Positions 30,996-41,062 of a DNA stretch of 64,000 bases are shown one piece after another. Position numbers and translations under genes: made by a program. The notes under the pieces were generated by a model, which had not been told where the DNA came from, searched no databases, and saw only the letters and a list, made by a program, of their open reading frames with translations. The stretch's first letter is position 1; the number at the start of each line of letters is the position of its first letter. This DNA is from an uncultured Alphaproteobacteria bacterium (GTDB lineage: Bacteria > Pseudomonadota > Alphaproteobacteria > RF32 > CAG-239), in assembly GCA_944389095.1 (NCBI GenBank), contig CALXLC010000010.1, positions 22,154 through 86,153 on the forward strand. Direction: 5' to 3'.

Positions 30996-31517
30996 CTAAA
31001 CAGATTTCTTCAACTGATTCAAGACCCGCAGCACATTTTCTTTGTTGCGTTTTTTTATCGGTCTTATCGGACGACCGGCATAAACCGTCCATGGTTCAAA
31101 TTTATAATTGGACGGCACAAAGGAAAGAGCACCGATTGTAACCCCCTCGGGAATATGATTGTTCGGCATAATCACCGAATTGGTACCGATTCCCGTATAT
31201 TTTTCAAGCGTCACATCCCCCTGAATCTCCTTAACGTTCGGCACCGAATGGGTCACCAGTTCATTCACATAATCATTGCTGCTCAGCCAGACCCGGACGC
31301 CGGCAGCCAGACTTGAATAACTGCCCATTTTAAAGGTATACTTGCCGTCGCCGCCGGATATATATGTCCCCGAAGCAATTTCGCAATCCGATCCGATATC
31401 GCAGGCCGAAGATATCCGGCAAAAATCAGAAATGCGAACATTGTCGCCGGCTGTGACCAAATCGGGCTTTTTGATAATCACATATTCGCCCAGCGTAAAA
31501 TTTTTTCCGTGTTTCAT
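30996..31517 (-). CDS. Hexapeptide-repeat acyl/acetyltransferase (left-handed beta-helix)
   Basis: Imperfect [LIV]G-x4 hexapeptide repeats across the core. Confidence 0.65.
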   Translation of the reverse strand: MKHGKNFTLGEYVIIKKPDLVTAGDNVRISDFCRISSACDIGSDCEIASGTYISGGDGKYTFKMGSYSSLAAGVRVWLSSNDYVNELVTHSVPNVKEIQGDVTLEKYTGIGTNSVIMPNNHIPEGVTIGALSFVPSNYKFEPWTVYAGRPIRPIKKRNKENVLRVLNQLKKSV

Positions 31518-31690
31518 AAAAAACTCCTCATTTACTCAATGAAGAAAGTTTAAAGCACCGGACACAGATTTCAAGTCAACAAATATTATTTATTGTTACA
31601 TAATCCCTTGATTTAATGAAATATTTTGCAATTTTTTGTGATGTCGGAGACATAAAAAGAAAGGGGCTTTACCGCCCCTTCCCGCTAAAG

Positions 31691-32473
31691 CTATGAATTT
31701 TCGTATTTTTTCTTTTCCTTCCAGAACACAAAAATACCGACCGGTATGGACAACGCATACAACATCGTCATCAATCCCAATGTACACCAGGGCTGTGTAA
31801 TAATAAAACTGGCAAACAAAGCCACAAACAGCATCATCGGCATAAACATATAAGTCGGAACCTTTAGCTTTTTGGTGGAAAAAGTCGGAATCCGGCTGAC
31901 CATCAGAAAAGAAACAACCACCAACAGTCCCGCGCAAAAAGCATGCGAACGGACAAAAGCATATTCCGGAAAATCAAAGGAAATCATCACCGGCATAATA
32001 GCCAGAGCGGCTGCTGCCGGAGCCGGAACACCGACAAAAAAATGATTCCAATATTCGGGCTGCGGCTCTTCGTCCAACATCGTATTAAACCGGGCCAGAC
32101 GCATCGCCATACCGATAGACATCAGCAGACAGAAAAACCAGCCGAATTTCGGCAGATCAAACAAAGACCACTGATACAGCAAAATCGCCGGGGCCACACC
32201 AAAACTGACAAAATCCGACAATGAATCCAATTCCGCGCCGAATTTTGTCGAGCCTTTGAGCATTCTGGCCACCCGGCCGTCCAAACCGTCAAACAACGCG
32301 GCAATAAAAATACAGATAACCGCCTTCACCCAGTCTTCCTGAATAGAATAGCGAATGGAAGTCACCCCCGCGCACAAAGCCAACATTGTTACAATATTAG
32401 GCGCAATTTTGCGAAACGGAAGCGCCGTCAGCCGTTGGCGCGACAGCTTCAGCCTGTCATTTATGTTTTCCAT
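31691..32473 (-). CDS. pssA: CDP-diacylglycerol--serine O-phosphatidyltransferase
   Basis: CDP-alcohol phosphatidyltransferase motif DGLDGRVAR...G...AELDSLSD, multi-TM. Confidence 0.8.
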   Translation of the reverse strand: MENINDRLKLSRQRLTALPFRKIAPNIVTMLALCAGVTSIRYSIQEDWVKAVICIFIAALFDGLDGRVARMLKGSTKFGAELDSLSDFVSFGVAPAILLYQWSLFDLPKFGWFFCLLMSIGMAMRLARFNTMLDEEPQPEYWNHFFVGVPAPAAAALAIMPVMISFDFPEYAFVRSHAFCAGLLVVVSFLMVSRIPTFSTKKLKVPTYMFMPMMLFVALFASFIITQPWCTLGLMTMLYALSIPVGIFVFWKEKKKYENS

Positions 32474-33180
32474 CAGAACGCAACTCCTTTCATTGCCGGA
32501 GCATCACTGCTTAAATTGGCAATAACGCTTTCACCGGCCACCATGGTCTGTCCCAAAACGACCTGAGGCTCAACGCCTTCCGGCAGATAAACATCCAAGC
32601 GCGAACCGAAACGAATCATCCCGAAACGTTCACCGGCTTTGTAAGTTTGTCCGACAGTCGCGTCACAAACAATCCGGCGGGCCACCAAGCCGGCAATCTG
32701 AACAAAACACAAATCCTTGCCGTTTTTGGTTTTCATCGCCAGCAGCTGGCGTTCATTGTCTTTGCTGGCCTTATCAAGCGTTGCGTTAAAAAACTTGCCC
32801 GGCACGTAAACCGATTTGATAATCGTTCCTTCGGCCGGAGCACGATTGACATGCACATTAAAAACACTCATAAAAATGCTGACCCTGGTAAACTTTTTCT
32901 TACCCATTTCCAGCTCTTCCGGGGCTTCAACCTTGGAAATCATTTGCACCACGCCGTCCGCGGGAGAAACCACCACATCAGCCGTCTGCGGAACGATGCG
33001 TTCCGGATCGCGGAAGAAATAGTAGCACCAAATTGTCAACACCAATCCAATCCATCCCAATGGCTCCCACACCATTGCCAATAACGCTGTTATTGCAGCA
33101 AAGATGCCTACGAACCGCCAACCTTCGGGATGAATATTCGGCAGCAGGTAGTTGCGCCACGAAATATTAATACTTTTCAT
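32473..33180 (-). CDS. psd: Phosphatidylserine decarboxylase (small form)
   Basis: C-terminal [18 protein letters not shown] self-cleavage region; 1-nt overlap with pssA; start at MKSINIS. Confidence 0.75.
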   Translation of the reverse strand: MKSINISWRNYLLPNIHPEGWRFVGIFAAITALLAMVWEPLGWIGLVLTIWCYYFFRDPERIVPQTADVVVSPADGVVQMISKVEAPEELEMGKKKFTRVSIFMSVFNVHVNRAPAEGTIIKSVYVPGKFFNATLDKASKDNERQLLAMKTKNGKDLCFVQIAGLVARRIVCDATVGQTYKAGERFGMIRFGSRLDVYLPEGVEPQVVLGQTMVAGESVIANLSSDAPAMKGVAF

Positions 33181-33425
33181 ATTTTTTCCTTTCAAAATCC
33201 AACTTTGCCGTCCCTGCCGGGACGCTGTCGCCTGTCGCAGAAACGGCACAGCCCGGATGCATTGTTATAACATTCAAAGCTAATCATATTTCTGCAGAAG
33301 AAACAAGAACTAAATAGATTTTTCCCCGTCAATCGTTTTTGAGGCGGCCAAAAGAAATTGCAACTTTCTTATTGCAATTCTCAAAAATTATGAGTATAAA
33401 CAAAAACAGTCGAATAGAGATTTAT

Positions 33426-33512
33426 GCGCTTGTGGCGGAACTGGTAGACGCTGCAGACTTAAAATCTGTTGGCCGCAAGGCCGTGCCGGTTCGATTCCGG
33501 CCTAGCGCACCA
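33426..33512 (+). tRNA. tRNA-Leu (anticodon UAA), long variable arm, encoded CCA
   Basis: Cloverleaf folded by hand: acceptor GCGCTTG/CTAGCGC, anticodon loop CTTAAAA, TPsiC GGTTCGATTCC. Confidence 0.85.
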
Positions 33513-33523
33513 TTTTTGATAAT

Positions 33524-33547
33524 GCACCCTTTGAGGTGCTTTTTTGT
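33524..33547 (+). terminator. Terminator after tRNA-Leu(UAA)
   Basis: gcaccctttgaggtgc hairpin plus T-run. Confidence 0.5.
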
Positions 33548-33675
33548 TATATAAACCAAACCTCACCGCAACACCGATTTTTGAGATTTTGAAAAAGGTA
33601 TTTTTACGAAATTATCAAACGATACACAGAATATATAAAAAACAGGGCTCGAAGGCCCTGAGAAAAAAATTAGTT

Positions 33676-34125
33676 TTAAACATCCGTGTTTTTTGCATGC
33701 GCTTTTTTATGAGGTAAAAACAACATCAGCGCAAAACAGAGACCCAAAAGACTAAACAAAATCACCGCCACGGTAGAATTTGTATGATACAATGCCTCAA
33801 TCTGTTGAACAGATTGTTTACCGGCAACAGCTTGTACACCAATTTTCTCCTTAGATGTAAAGACGGTAACAAGCATTCCCTCAACCGGTTCAACATCCTG
33901 TGTTGTGCTGACTGAACGAGGATTATAATCAGGAAAAGTTACCTGAGTAATCACATACCGATTGGAATCAATAGCAACATACCACAACCCCATTTTTGCA
34001 TCATATTGCAAATTTCCGACACCTATAATCCTGGGGTTTACCGGCTCACTGTCAAAACACGAACAACTCGTTAATGCAATGCCAAGCACCACAAAAAACA
34101 TAAAAGCCACTTTTTTCATACGCAA
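33676..34125 (-). CDS. Hypothetical lipoprotein with C-terminal TM anchor
   Basis: Lipobox-like LTSCSC, C-terminal hydrophobic helix, AT-rich surroundings. Confidence 0.45.
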   Translation of the reverse strand: MRMKKVAFMFFVVLGIALTSCSCFDSEPVNPRIIGVGNLQYDAKMGLWYVAIDSNRYVITQVTFPDYNPRSVSTTQDVEPVEGMLVTVFTSKEKIGVQAVAGKQSVQQIEALYHTNSTVAVILFSLLGLCFALMLFLPHKKAHAKNTDV

Positions 34126-34446
34126 TAATTGGTTATTAGATTAATAATTTTTTATTACAATTATAAATTTATTAAGTACAAAATAAATATAAAAACCAAA
34201 AACATCAAGCAAAAACATTCGAGACATTTGAGCGGTTACGCAACGAAGGAACTTATATTTTCCTCATTTATAGAGCCCTTCCCGTTTGACAATGCTTCAA
34301 AAATATTCATTTTTCCTCCATTCAAAACTTCACGCTATGTTGTTATAAGATACAACAATCACAGACAGCAAGACAATAAAAATAAAATTCTTTCTTTTAC
34401 AGACAAAAGCGCCCGCACCTCACGGAACGGACGCTAAAACAATTAT

Positions 34447-34968
34447 TCACTTTGCCAAATTAATAACCGGAAGGACAAATACCGGACCACGACATCCGGA
34501 AATCACACTGCGATAGCTGTCATAAAAAACCTGCCAGCTTTTACTGTTTTTTTCACTGGCAATCGCAAATCGCCCTCCCTTCAGAAAGCCGGTACCGAAA
34601 AATTCTGAAATTTTATTATACAGCTCAAAATTTTCCTGTAAGATTATTATCTGTTCCAAAGTTGGCACCATCCCCGCCAACCCGTTACCAAAAGCAATCT
34701 TGCAATATTCTCCGGCAAACCCGCACTCCGGTTTAAAGGCTCGATACGGAAAACCATACACCGTATTTCCGATAACGACGCCTTCGGGTACACAACTGGA
34801 AGTCCTGTGATAATTTCCGATTGCATCAGATCTCGTCTTGTCACTAAAATACACATCAAACGGAAATTTTTTAATCCACAAAACACTATCGTCAGAAACA
34901 TTCAAATTCCTAACCGCCCGGCCACACTGTCTCTCCGGTTGGAGCAAAAATTTTACACATTTTCTCAT
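34447..34968 (-). CDS. Hypothetical protein (173 aa), Cys/His-containing
   Basis: No recognisable family; sits in an AT-rich islet downstream of tRNA-Leu. Confidence 0.4.
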   Translation of the reverse strand: MRKCVKFLLQPERQCGRAVRNLNVSDDSVLWIKKFPFDVYFSDKTRSDAIGNYHRTSSCVPEGVVIGNTVYGFPYRAFKPECGFAGEYCKIAFGNGLAGMVPTLEQIIILQENFELYNKISEFFGTGFLKGGRFAIASEKNSKSWQVFYDSYRSVISGCRGPVFVLPVINLAK

Positions 34969-35199
34969 AATAAAAATTTTTTAATGACACACAAAATAAT
35001 AAGCTTTGCATTTACTATACACGCTTCCGCCGCTTTGTCAATTTTTACACGACATCAAAATAAACAACTGTTTTGCTGTTCAGACAGAATAAAAAGCAAC
35101 CTCCCCGTTTTGCAAATTGCTTTCGTCGGTCGCAGCATTTTTATTATTGCTAAATTGGGGTGAATATACTATAACAGTCAAAAAATTAAGGATACCGCC

Positions 35200-36291
35200 A
35201 TGAAAGTTGACTTGTTTGATTTTGAGCTTCCCCGCGAACTGATTGCCTCCCAGCCGGTTCACCCGCGCGACATATCGCGGCTTCTGGATCTGTCGGAAGA
35301 AGATACTGTCCGCGACCGTCATTTCTACGACCTTCCGGACATTCTTAAAGAAGGCGATGTTTTAGTATTCAACGACACCAAGGTTATTCCTGCGCGTTTA
35401 TACGGCGCTCGCGGCGAAGCGCTGGTTGAAGTCACGCTTTACCATCCCTTGGACGGCATTCGCTGGTGGGCTTTTATCAAAAATGCCAAACGCCTCAAGC
35501 CAAACGATGTCATCACATTTTACACCAACGAAATTTCACCGCAACAATCTGATTTTTCGGCCCTTGTCCACGAAAAAAAAGATGACGACGGCGTTCTGAT
35601 TTCTTTCAACTGCTCCCCGGCCGAATTGGGAAAAAAGCTTGAAATTTACGGATTCATGCCGTTGCCGCCTTACATCAAAAGAGAAAAACCCCGCCCCGGA
35701 GAAGACAAAATCTGGCATAAATTCAACGACAAAGAAAACTATCAAACCGTCTACGCCAAACACGAAGGAGCCGTCGCCGCTCCTACCGCCGGATTGCATT
35801 TTACCCCGGAAATTCTTGACCGGCTGCGGAACAAAGGCGTTGAAGAAGCCTATCTGACCCTCCACGTTGGTGCGGGAACTTTTCTGCCCGTTAAAACGGA
35901 AGATACCAAGGACCACAAAATGCATACCGAATACGGCGTCATTACGCCGGACACCGTCGAACAAATCAACCGGGCCAAAAAACGCGGCAGCCGTATAATT
36001 GCGGTAGGCACGACCTCGCTGCGATTGTTGGAAAGCGCCGCGGACAATCAGGGCATTTTGCACCCCTTTATGGGAGAAACCGGAATTTTCATTACCCCCG
36101 GCTACAAATTCAAAATGATTGACATGCTGATAACCAACTTTCACCTGCCCAAATCGACGTTGTTTATGCTGGTCTGCGCCGTAGCCGGAACCGAAAGGAT
36201 GAAAGCGGCCTACCGCCATGCCATAGAAGAAAAATACAGATTTTATTCTTACGGTGACAGTTCGATTTTAAAATGCGTAAATAAAATTTAA
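35200..36291 (+). CDS. queA: S-adenosylmethionine:tRNA ribosyltransferase-isomerase
   Basis: MKVDLFDFELPRELIASQP N-terminus and conserved QueA core. Confidence 0.9.
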   Translation: MKVDLFDFELPRELIASQPVHPRDISRLLDLSEEDTVRDRHFYDLPDILKEGDVLVFNDTKVIPARLYGARGEALVEVTLYHPLDGIRWWAFIKNAKRLKPNDVITFYTNEISPQQSDFSALVHEKKDDDGVLISFNCSPAELGKKLEIYGFMPLPPYIKREKPRPGEDKIWHKFNDKENYQTVYAKHEGAVAAPTAGLHFTPEILDRLRNKGVEEAYLTLHVGAGTFLPVKTEDTKDHKMHTEYGVITPDTVEQINRAKKRGSRIIAVGTTSLRLLESAADNQGILHPFMGETGIFITPGYKFKMIDMLITNFHLPKSTLFMLVCAVAGTERMKAAYRHAIEEKYRFYSYGDSSILKCVNKI

Positions 36292-36337
36292 CCATTCCCG
36301 GCTATAATCAAAACTCCCATCAGAAAAGGAAGCGAAG

Positions 36338-37510
36338 GTGAGATTCTACGCGCGTTTTGAAAAAATTTTGCCTTTAATCGGCAACGGAATCATTCCGGCA
36401 ACAATATTTGCGGTTGCGCTGCTGAGTTTTTATGTCTGCGGAGCATTCTCAGCCGCCGCAGCTCAAACGCTGCACACGGTCTTCTTTCTTGTCTGCATCG
36501 GTTCACTGCTGGTCTTGTTGTATTTCAACCGGAGCAAACCGGCTTTTTTCCTGCTGGCCGCCTGCCTGAGCTATGTCTTGATTAATTTTCTGAAAAACAA
36601 ATACGGCACCGATTATCTGAGCGCCGCGGCCTATCAAAATCTTTGCTTCTTTCTGCCGTTAAACTTGCTGCTGTTTTACTTTATTCCCGAACGGCGGCTG
36701 TTAAAAAAAATCAACGTATACCTCCTGATTGCGATTTTTCTGCAATATGCTCTTGCCGAACAATTGTCCAACCGCGGATACGCCCTGAATTTTTATATGC
36801 AAAATCCGCTTGTTTTTGATATGACATTCTCCGGATTTGCTTTCTTCTGTCTGACATTTTTTATATTTCTGTTCCGGGCCTCCCTGAGCGGAAACATAAC
36901 CGACTACGCGGCCCTGTTTGCCTCTTTGTCTCTGTTTTTCGGTTTTGCCTGCTCATCGTCAGCCAGTGCCTTAACCGTTTTTTTTGCTGCGACCGCCGTT
37001 ATTTTATGCGTTTCACTGAGTCTCAGCCTCTATAACGAAACCTATCGCGACAGCCTGACCGGTCTGGCCGGACGCAACTCCTACATCATCCATGCCAAAG
37101 ATTTTCCGCTCAAATACTGCCTGGGCATTGTCAGCATTGATGACTTTGACAAGCTCGGCATCAATTTCGGCCGTCGCGCCCAAAACATTCTCACCAAACT
37201 GATTGCCGGCCAAATCACCGAACTGGAAGTGCCGGAAACCGTCTACCGTTACGGTAATGATGAATTTGTCATCATCTTCAAAAACCTTGATAAAAACGAG
37301 AGTTTCGAACGGCTGGAAGACATCCGCCGCGCCATCGCTTCGGCCCAATTCAAATTCAACCCCCGGCGCCGGCCGTTAAAACTGACCGTCTCGGCCTGCG
37401 TTGCAGAAAAAAAACGCAGCGATGCCAATTCCTTTGAAGTTTTGGTCCGGGCACGCAAGACCTTGGAAAAGACCCGCAGTTTCAGCCACAATGTTACATC
37501 AAAGGCTTAA
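36338..37510 (+). CDS. Integral-membrane protein with C-terminal degenerate GGDEF domain (GNDEF)
   Basis: ~7 TM helices, then DSLTGLAGRNSY ... RYGNDEFVIIF in place of RYGGDEF. Confidence 0.65.
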   Translation: MRFYARFEKILPLIGNGIIPATIFAVALLSFYVCGAFSAAAAQTLHTVFFLVCIGSLLVLLYFNRSKPAFFLLAACLSYVLINFLKNKYGTDYLSAAAYQNLCFFLPLNLLLFYFIPERRLLKKINVYLLIAIFLQYALAEQLSNRGYALNFYMQNPLVFDMTFSGFAFFCLTFFIFLFRASLSGNITDYAALFASLSLFFGFACSSSASALTVFFAATAVILCVSLSLSLYNETYRDSLTGLAGRNSYIIHAKDFPLKYCLGIVSIDDFDKLGINFGRRAQNILTKLIAGQITELEVPETVYRYGNDEFVIIFKNLDKNESFERLEDIRRAIASAQFKFNPRRRPLKLTVSACVAEKKRSDANSFEVLVRARKTLEKTRSFSHNVTSKA

Positions 37511-38294
37511 CCCGCCAAATTTTGCACAAAACCAAAACTCCGATTGCTATCAGCGGAACCGATAACATTTGCCCCATGGTAATTCCGCCGAAGAAAAAAC
37601 CCATATGGGCATCGGGCTCGCGAAACTGCTCCACCACAATCCGGAATAAACCATACAAAATGACAAACAACGCCGATACCGTACCGCTTTTTTCCCGAAT
37701 ACTTCTATAACGCCACAAAAAATTCAATACGGCAAACATAACCACGCCTTCCAGCAGGGCCTCATATAACTGGGAAGGATGACGCGGCAGATATCCCCCG
37801 GCCGGAAAACGAACGGCCCAGGGCACATCCGTCACCCGCCCCCATAATTCATCATTCACAAAATTTGCCAACCGCCCCAAAAACAAACCGATAGGCAGAT
37901 ACAAAACCACCAAATCCGTCAGCAATAAAAAGCGGAACCGATACTTTCGGGCAAACAACCAGACTGCCAGAATCACACCGAGAACCCCGCCATGAAAAGA
38001 CATGCCGCCTTTCCATAATTCCAGAATATGCCAAGGTTCCGCCCACATTTCCCGACCGCCGTAAAAAACTGCATACCCCAGGCGGCCGCCCAAAACGACA
38101 CCCAGCGTCAGATAAAAAATCAAATCCTCTATATGCTGCGGCGTTAACCCCGTCTGATATTTTTCAGCATTGCGGCGAATAAGCCACCAACCGGCCAGAA
38201 TACCAATCAGATAAGCCATAGAATACCACCGCACGGCCACCGGCCCGATGGAAAACATTATCGGAGAAATATCCGGAAAAGCCAAACCTGTCAT
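37494..38294 (-). CDS. lgt: Prolipoprotein diacylglyceryl transferase
   Basis: Conserved Lgt signature and multi-TM profile. Confidence 0.9.
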   Translation of the reverse strand: MTGLAFPDISPIMFSIGPVAVRWYSMAYLIGILAGWWLIRRNAEKYQTGLTPQHIEDLIFYLTLGVVLGGRLGYAVFYGGREMWAEPWHILELWKGGMSFHGGVLGVILAVWLFARKYRFRFLLLTDLVVLYLPIGLFLGRLANFVNDELWGRVTDVPWAVRFPAGGYLPRHPSQLYEALLEGVVMFAVLNFLWRYRSIREKSGTVSALFVILYGLFRIVVEQFREPDAHMGFFFGGITMGQMLSVPLIAIGVLVLCKIWRVKPLM

Positions 38295-38542
38295 TTTTTT
38301 TCCTCACTGCCAAATGTAAAAATATTTAACATTATATTAAGCGGCCCGCAAATATCCACACCAAAAAATTTTTTTCTTGAAAGCAAAATATAATTCATTG
38401 TTTTTCAACAAAAATTAAAATTAAAATTTATCAACAGCTGTGAATTAAGTGGAAAACTGCGACTCGCCCCTTGTAATTCACGACTCGGCATTGCAAGCTG
38501 AAACCATCGTTGTCGTTTTGCCCGGGTGGAGATATTAGGAAA

Positions 38543-39040
38543 ATGGAACTGGCAAAGAATTTAGCCCCGAATTACAATCCGATTGATATCATCGAAAATA
38601 TTTTTGCGTCCCAATCATATGAACTGGAACGCCGCAATGCCAATGAAGTCGTCGTTGAAGTCCAGGGAAAATGGAACAACATGTTGCTGTTTTTTGCCTG
38701 GGAAGCCAACATGCGCTGCATGCATTTTTCCTGCCTGATGGATATTGAAACCAAAATAGAAGACCGCAGCAAAATTTTTGAACTTCTGGCTTTAGTCAAT
38801 GAAGAATTATGGGTCGGTCATTTTTCCTACTGGGCTGAGCAAAACATCCCCGTTTTCAAACATTCCGTTATTCTCAACGATGAAGAAGAACTGTTTGAAA
38901 GTAAGATTTCCCAGATTGTGGACATCGCCATTCGCGAATGTGAACGCATGTATCCGGTCTTCAAAGTGGTCCTGACCAAGGGCATGGACCCGCATCAGGC
39001 GCTTTACCCCATGCTGATGGACACCGTCGGGCAGGCTTGA
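38543..39040 (+). CDS. YbjN-domain protein (putative sensory-transduction regulator)
   Basis: YbjN-like alpha/beta core; start at MELAKNL. Confidence 0.55.
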   Translation: MELAKNLAPNYNPIDIIENIFASQSYELERRNANEVVVEVQGKWNNMLLFFAWEANMRCMHFSCLMDIETKIEDRSKIFELLALVNEELWVGHFSYWAEQNIPVFKHSVILNDEEELFESKISQIVDIAIRECERMYPVFKVVLTKGMDPHQALYPMLMDTVGQA

Positions 39041-39078
39041 AAAAAGAGCTTGAATCCCGTTGATTCAAGCTCTTTTTT
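39041..39078. terminator. Bidirectional terminator between the ybjN-like gene and the ACP-like genes
   Basis: aaaagagcttgaatcccgttgattcaagctctttt hairpin. Confidence 0.6.
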
Positions 39079-39080
39079 CA

Positions 39081-39338
39081 TTAGCGTTTAATCCTCGACA
39101 AAACCGTTTCGACAACATCGTCAACGTTTTTCCAGTCCCGGATTTCCCATTGCTGAAATTCCGGTTGGATTTTGAATTCTGTTTCCAACATCATGGACAA
39201 TTCGATAACATCCAAACTGTCCAAGTCCAAATCGTCTTTCAAAGACGCTCTCGGAACAATTTTGTCTTCATTGGCAGACGTCGTACATTTTTCAATGCAC
39301 GTTTTAATTTGTTCAAAAATTTCTTTTCTTTTATCCAT
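39081..39338 (-). CDS. Acyl-carrier-protein-like small protein (PP-binding motif intact)
   Basis: 85 aa, acidic, DLDLDSLDVIELSMMLE with the Ser of the DSL phosphopantetheine site. Confidence 0.6.
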   Translation of the reverse strand: MDKRKEIFEQIKTCIEKCTTSANEDKIVPRASLKDDLDLDSLDVIELSMMLETEFKIQPEFQQWEIRDWKNVDDVVETVLSRIKR

Positions 39339-39356
39339 AAAAGTTTATTTTAATAA

Positions 39357-39626
39357 TTAAATCACCGTTGCACGCCAAAAAGAATCAACGACATCACCGA
39401 TGGTTTTCCATTCGCCCTCATCATACGGAAGGGCCCAGTCGCTGTCATTCGGAAGAGAAATTCCCGTAGCATTTTCCAACTCCAACGCCAACAACAAAAT
39501 GTCCCCGGCATCAAACATCAGATCTTCCCGTAACCGGTCATCTTCATATATTTCACCTTCCGAAAAAGGTAAATCCCATGAAAGAATAACTTCTTTCAAT
39601 TTTTCCAGAATTTCTTTTTTCTCCAT
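39357..39626 (-). CDS. Acyl-carrier-protein-like small protein, attachment Ser absent
   Basis: 89 aa, acidic; corresponding motif reads DLMFDAGDILLLALELE (DSL replaced by DAG). Confidence 0.5.
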   Translation of the reverse strand: MEKKEILEKLKEVILSWDLPFSEGEIYEDDRLREDLMFDAGDILLLALELENATGISLPNDSDWALPYDEGEWKTIGDVVDSFWRATVI

Positions 39627-39955
39627 AAACTGAATTTTTAATAATAAAAATTAAACACATGCTGTTACGCTCACTTATGCCGCACACCCCGGCGGTTGTA
39701 ACTGGAAAATTTTCCGTCCCTTTGAGCATAGCGCAGCCTTTTTCTTTTCTCGCACAATTGACGTTTCAAAGTAAAAGACGGCGGAACAATTTTGTTCACC
39801 GGAGCAACAAAACGCAGACACTCTGCCACATAGGCCAGTCTCAGCAAAAGAACACTTAATTTCATACGCGTTAAATTTTAAAATGACACAATCGTTTCTA
39901 CATAATTTTTTTTGTAGAAACAAAATAAAACTCTTTAGACAAAAATGCAAGCTAT

Positions 39956-40921
39956 TTATTGCCGTTTGCGAGCTTTCCGCCACTGCGCCACATTACTGTT
40001 ATGTTCATACAGGCTTTTGGCAAAATTATGACCGCCGTCCCCCGAAGCCACAAAATATAAATAATCGGAAATTTCAGGATTAACAGCGGCTTCAATGGAG
40101 GCGCGCCCGGGATTGCAAATCGGTGCCGGCGGCAAACCATAATATTTATAAGTATTAAAAGGACTGTCCACATCCAAATCTTTTTTCAGCAGTGCCCGCC
40201 CTAATTCTTTCTCGCCTTTGGTTAACGCATAAATAACCGTAGGGTCCGTTTGCAGCTTCATTCCCTTCTTCAAACGATTGACAAATACCGAAGCCACCAG
40301 GCCCCTCTCTTCCGGAACACCGGTCTCTTTTTCAATAATCGAGGCCAGTATAATCATCTCCTGCGGCGTTTTCAACGGCACGTTTCCGTCTTTTTTACCC
40401 CAAGCCTCCTGTTTAACCCGGGTCATCGCGGCCTTCGCGCGCCTGACAATATCGTTACGCTGCTCCCCCCGGCTGAACGAATATGTCTCCGGAAGCAAAT
40501 CGCCTTCCGCGGCCGTTTCGGTAATTTCTCCGGACAGCATCGATTCGCCGTTAATAATTTCAAGCATCTGCCGGGTGGTTAATCCTTCCGGCAGCGTGAG
40601 CCTGCGAAAAAAAACATCGCCTTGCACCATTTTATGAATAACCCCGCGCAGAGATATTCCCGGCTCAAAACGATATTCGCCGGCTTTCATCCGTTTATCC
40701 GTCCCGTTCAAACGCATTGCCAGACGCAGCAGCAGCGGATTATCGATAATTCCGGCCTCGTCCAGCATAAAAGCCACCGTACGGGAACTGGTTCCCTTGG
40801 GAATAACCACATAAGCTTCTGTCGCCAACGGTCCGGGCCGCTCAATTTTTTTCTGAACAAAATAGACCCCGCAAATTAAAATAACCAGAACCGCCGCAAC
40901 CGGCAAAAACAGTTTTTTCAT
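39956..40921 (-). CDS. mltG: Endolytic murein transglycosylase MltG (YceG family)
   Basis: N-terminal TM and conserved YceG-like C-terminal domain. Confidence 0.85.
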   Translation of the reverse strand: MKKLFLPVAAVLVILICGVYFVQKKIERPGPLATEAYVVIPKGTSSRTVAFMLDEAGIIDNPLLLRLAMRLNGTDKRMKAGEYRFEPGISLRGVIHKMVQGDVFFRRLTLPEGLTTRQMLEIINGESMLSGEITETAAEGDLLPETYSFSRGEQRNDIVRRAKAAMTRVKQEAWGKKDGNVPLKTPQEMIILASIIEKETGVPEERGLVASVFVNRLKKGMKLQTDPTVIYALTKGEKELGRALLKKDLDVDSPFNTYKYYGLPPAPICNPGRASIEAAVNPEISDYLYFVASGDGGHNFAKSLYEHNSNVAQWRKARKRQ

Positions 40922-41011
40922 CTATCTCTTCCGTAAATTTTTACGCTTTTTCGAATTTAAAACTTCCGCAGCACAGTGTCAACCGCCACCGGATTTTGCT
41001 GACAGATAAAT

Positions 41012-41046
41012 CAAATAAAAAAATCCCCGCCCAAAGACGGGGATTA
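41012..41046 (-). terminator. Terminator after fabF
   Basis: aatccccgtctttgggcggggatt hairpin followed by a T-run on the minus strand. Confidence 0.55.
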
Positions 41047-41062
41047 GCTGAAAGCCGATAAA

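Noticed and set aside
30219-31316. 365-aa plus-strand ORF
   Set aside because: Antisense of glmS and the hexapeptide acyltransferase gene.
38450-38481. Inverted repeat GTGAATTA-N16-TAATTCAC upstream of the ybjN-like gene
   Set aside because: Arms are only 8 bp in AT-rich DNA. It could be an operator but is not distinguishable from chance without comparative data.
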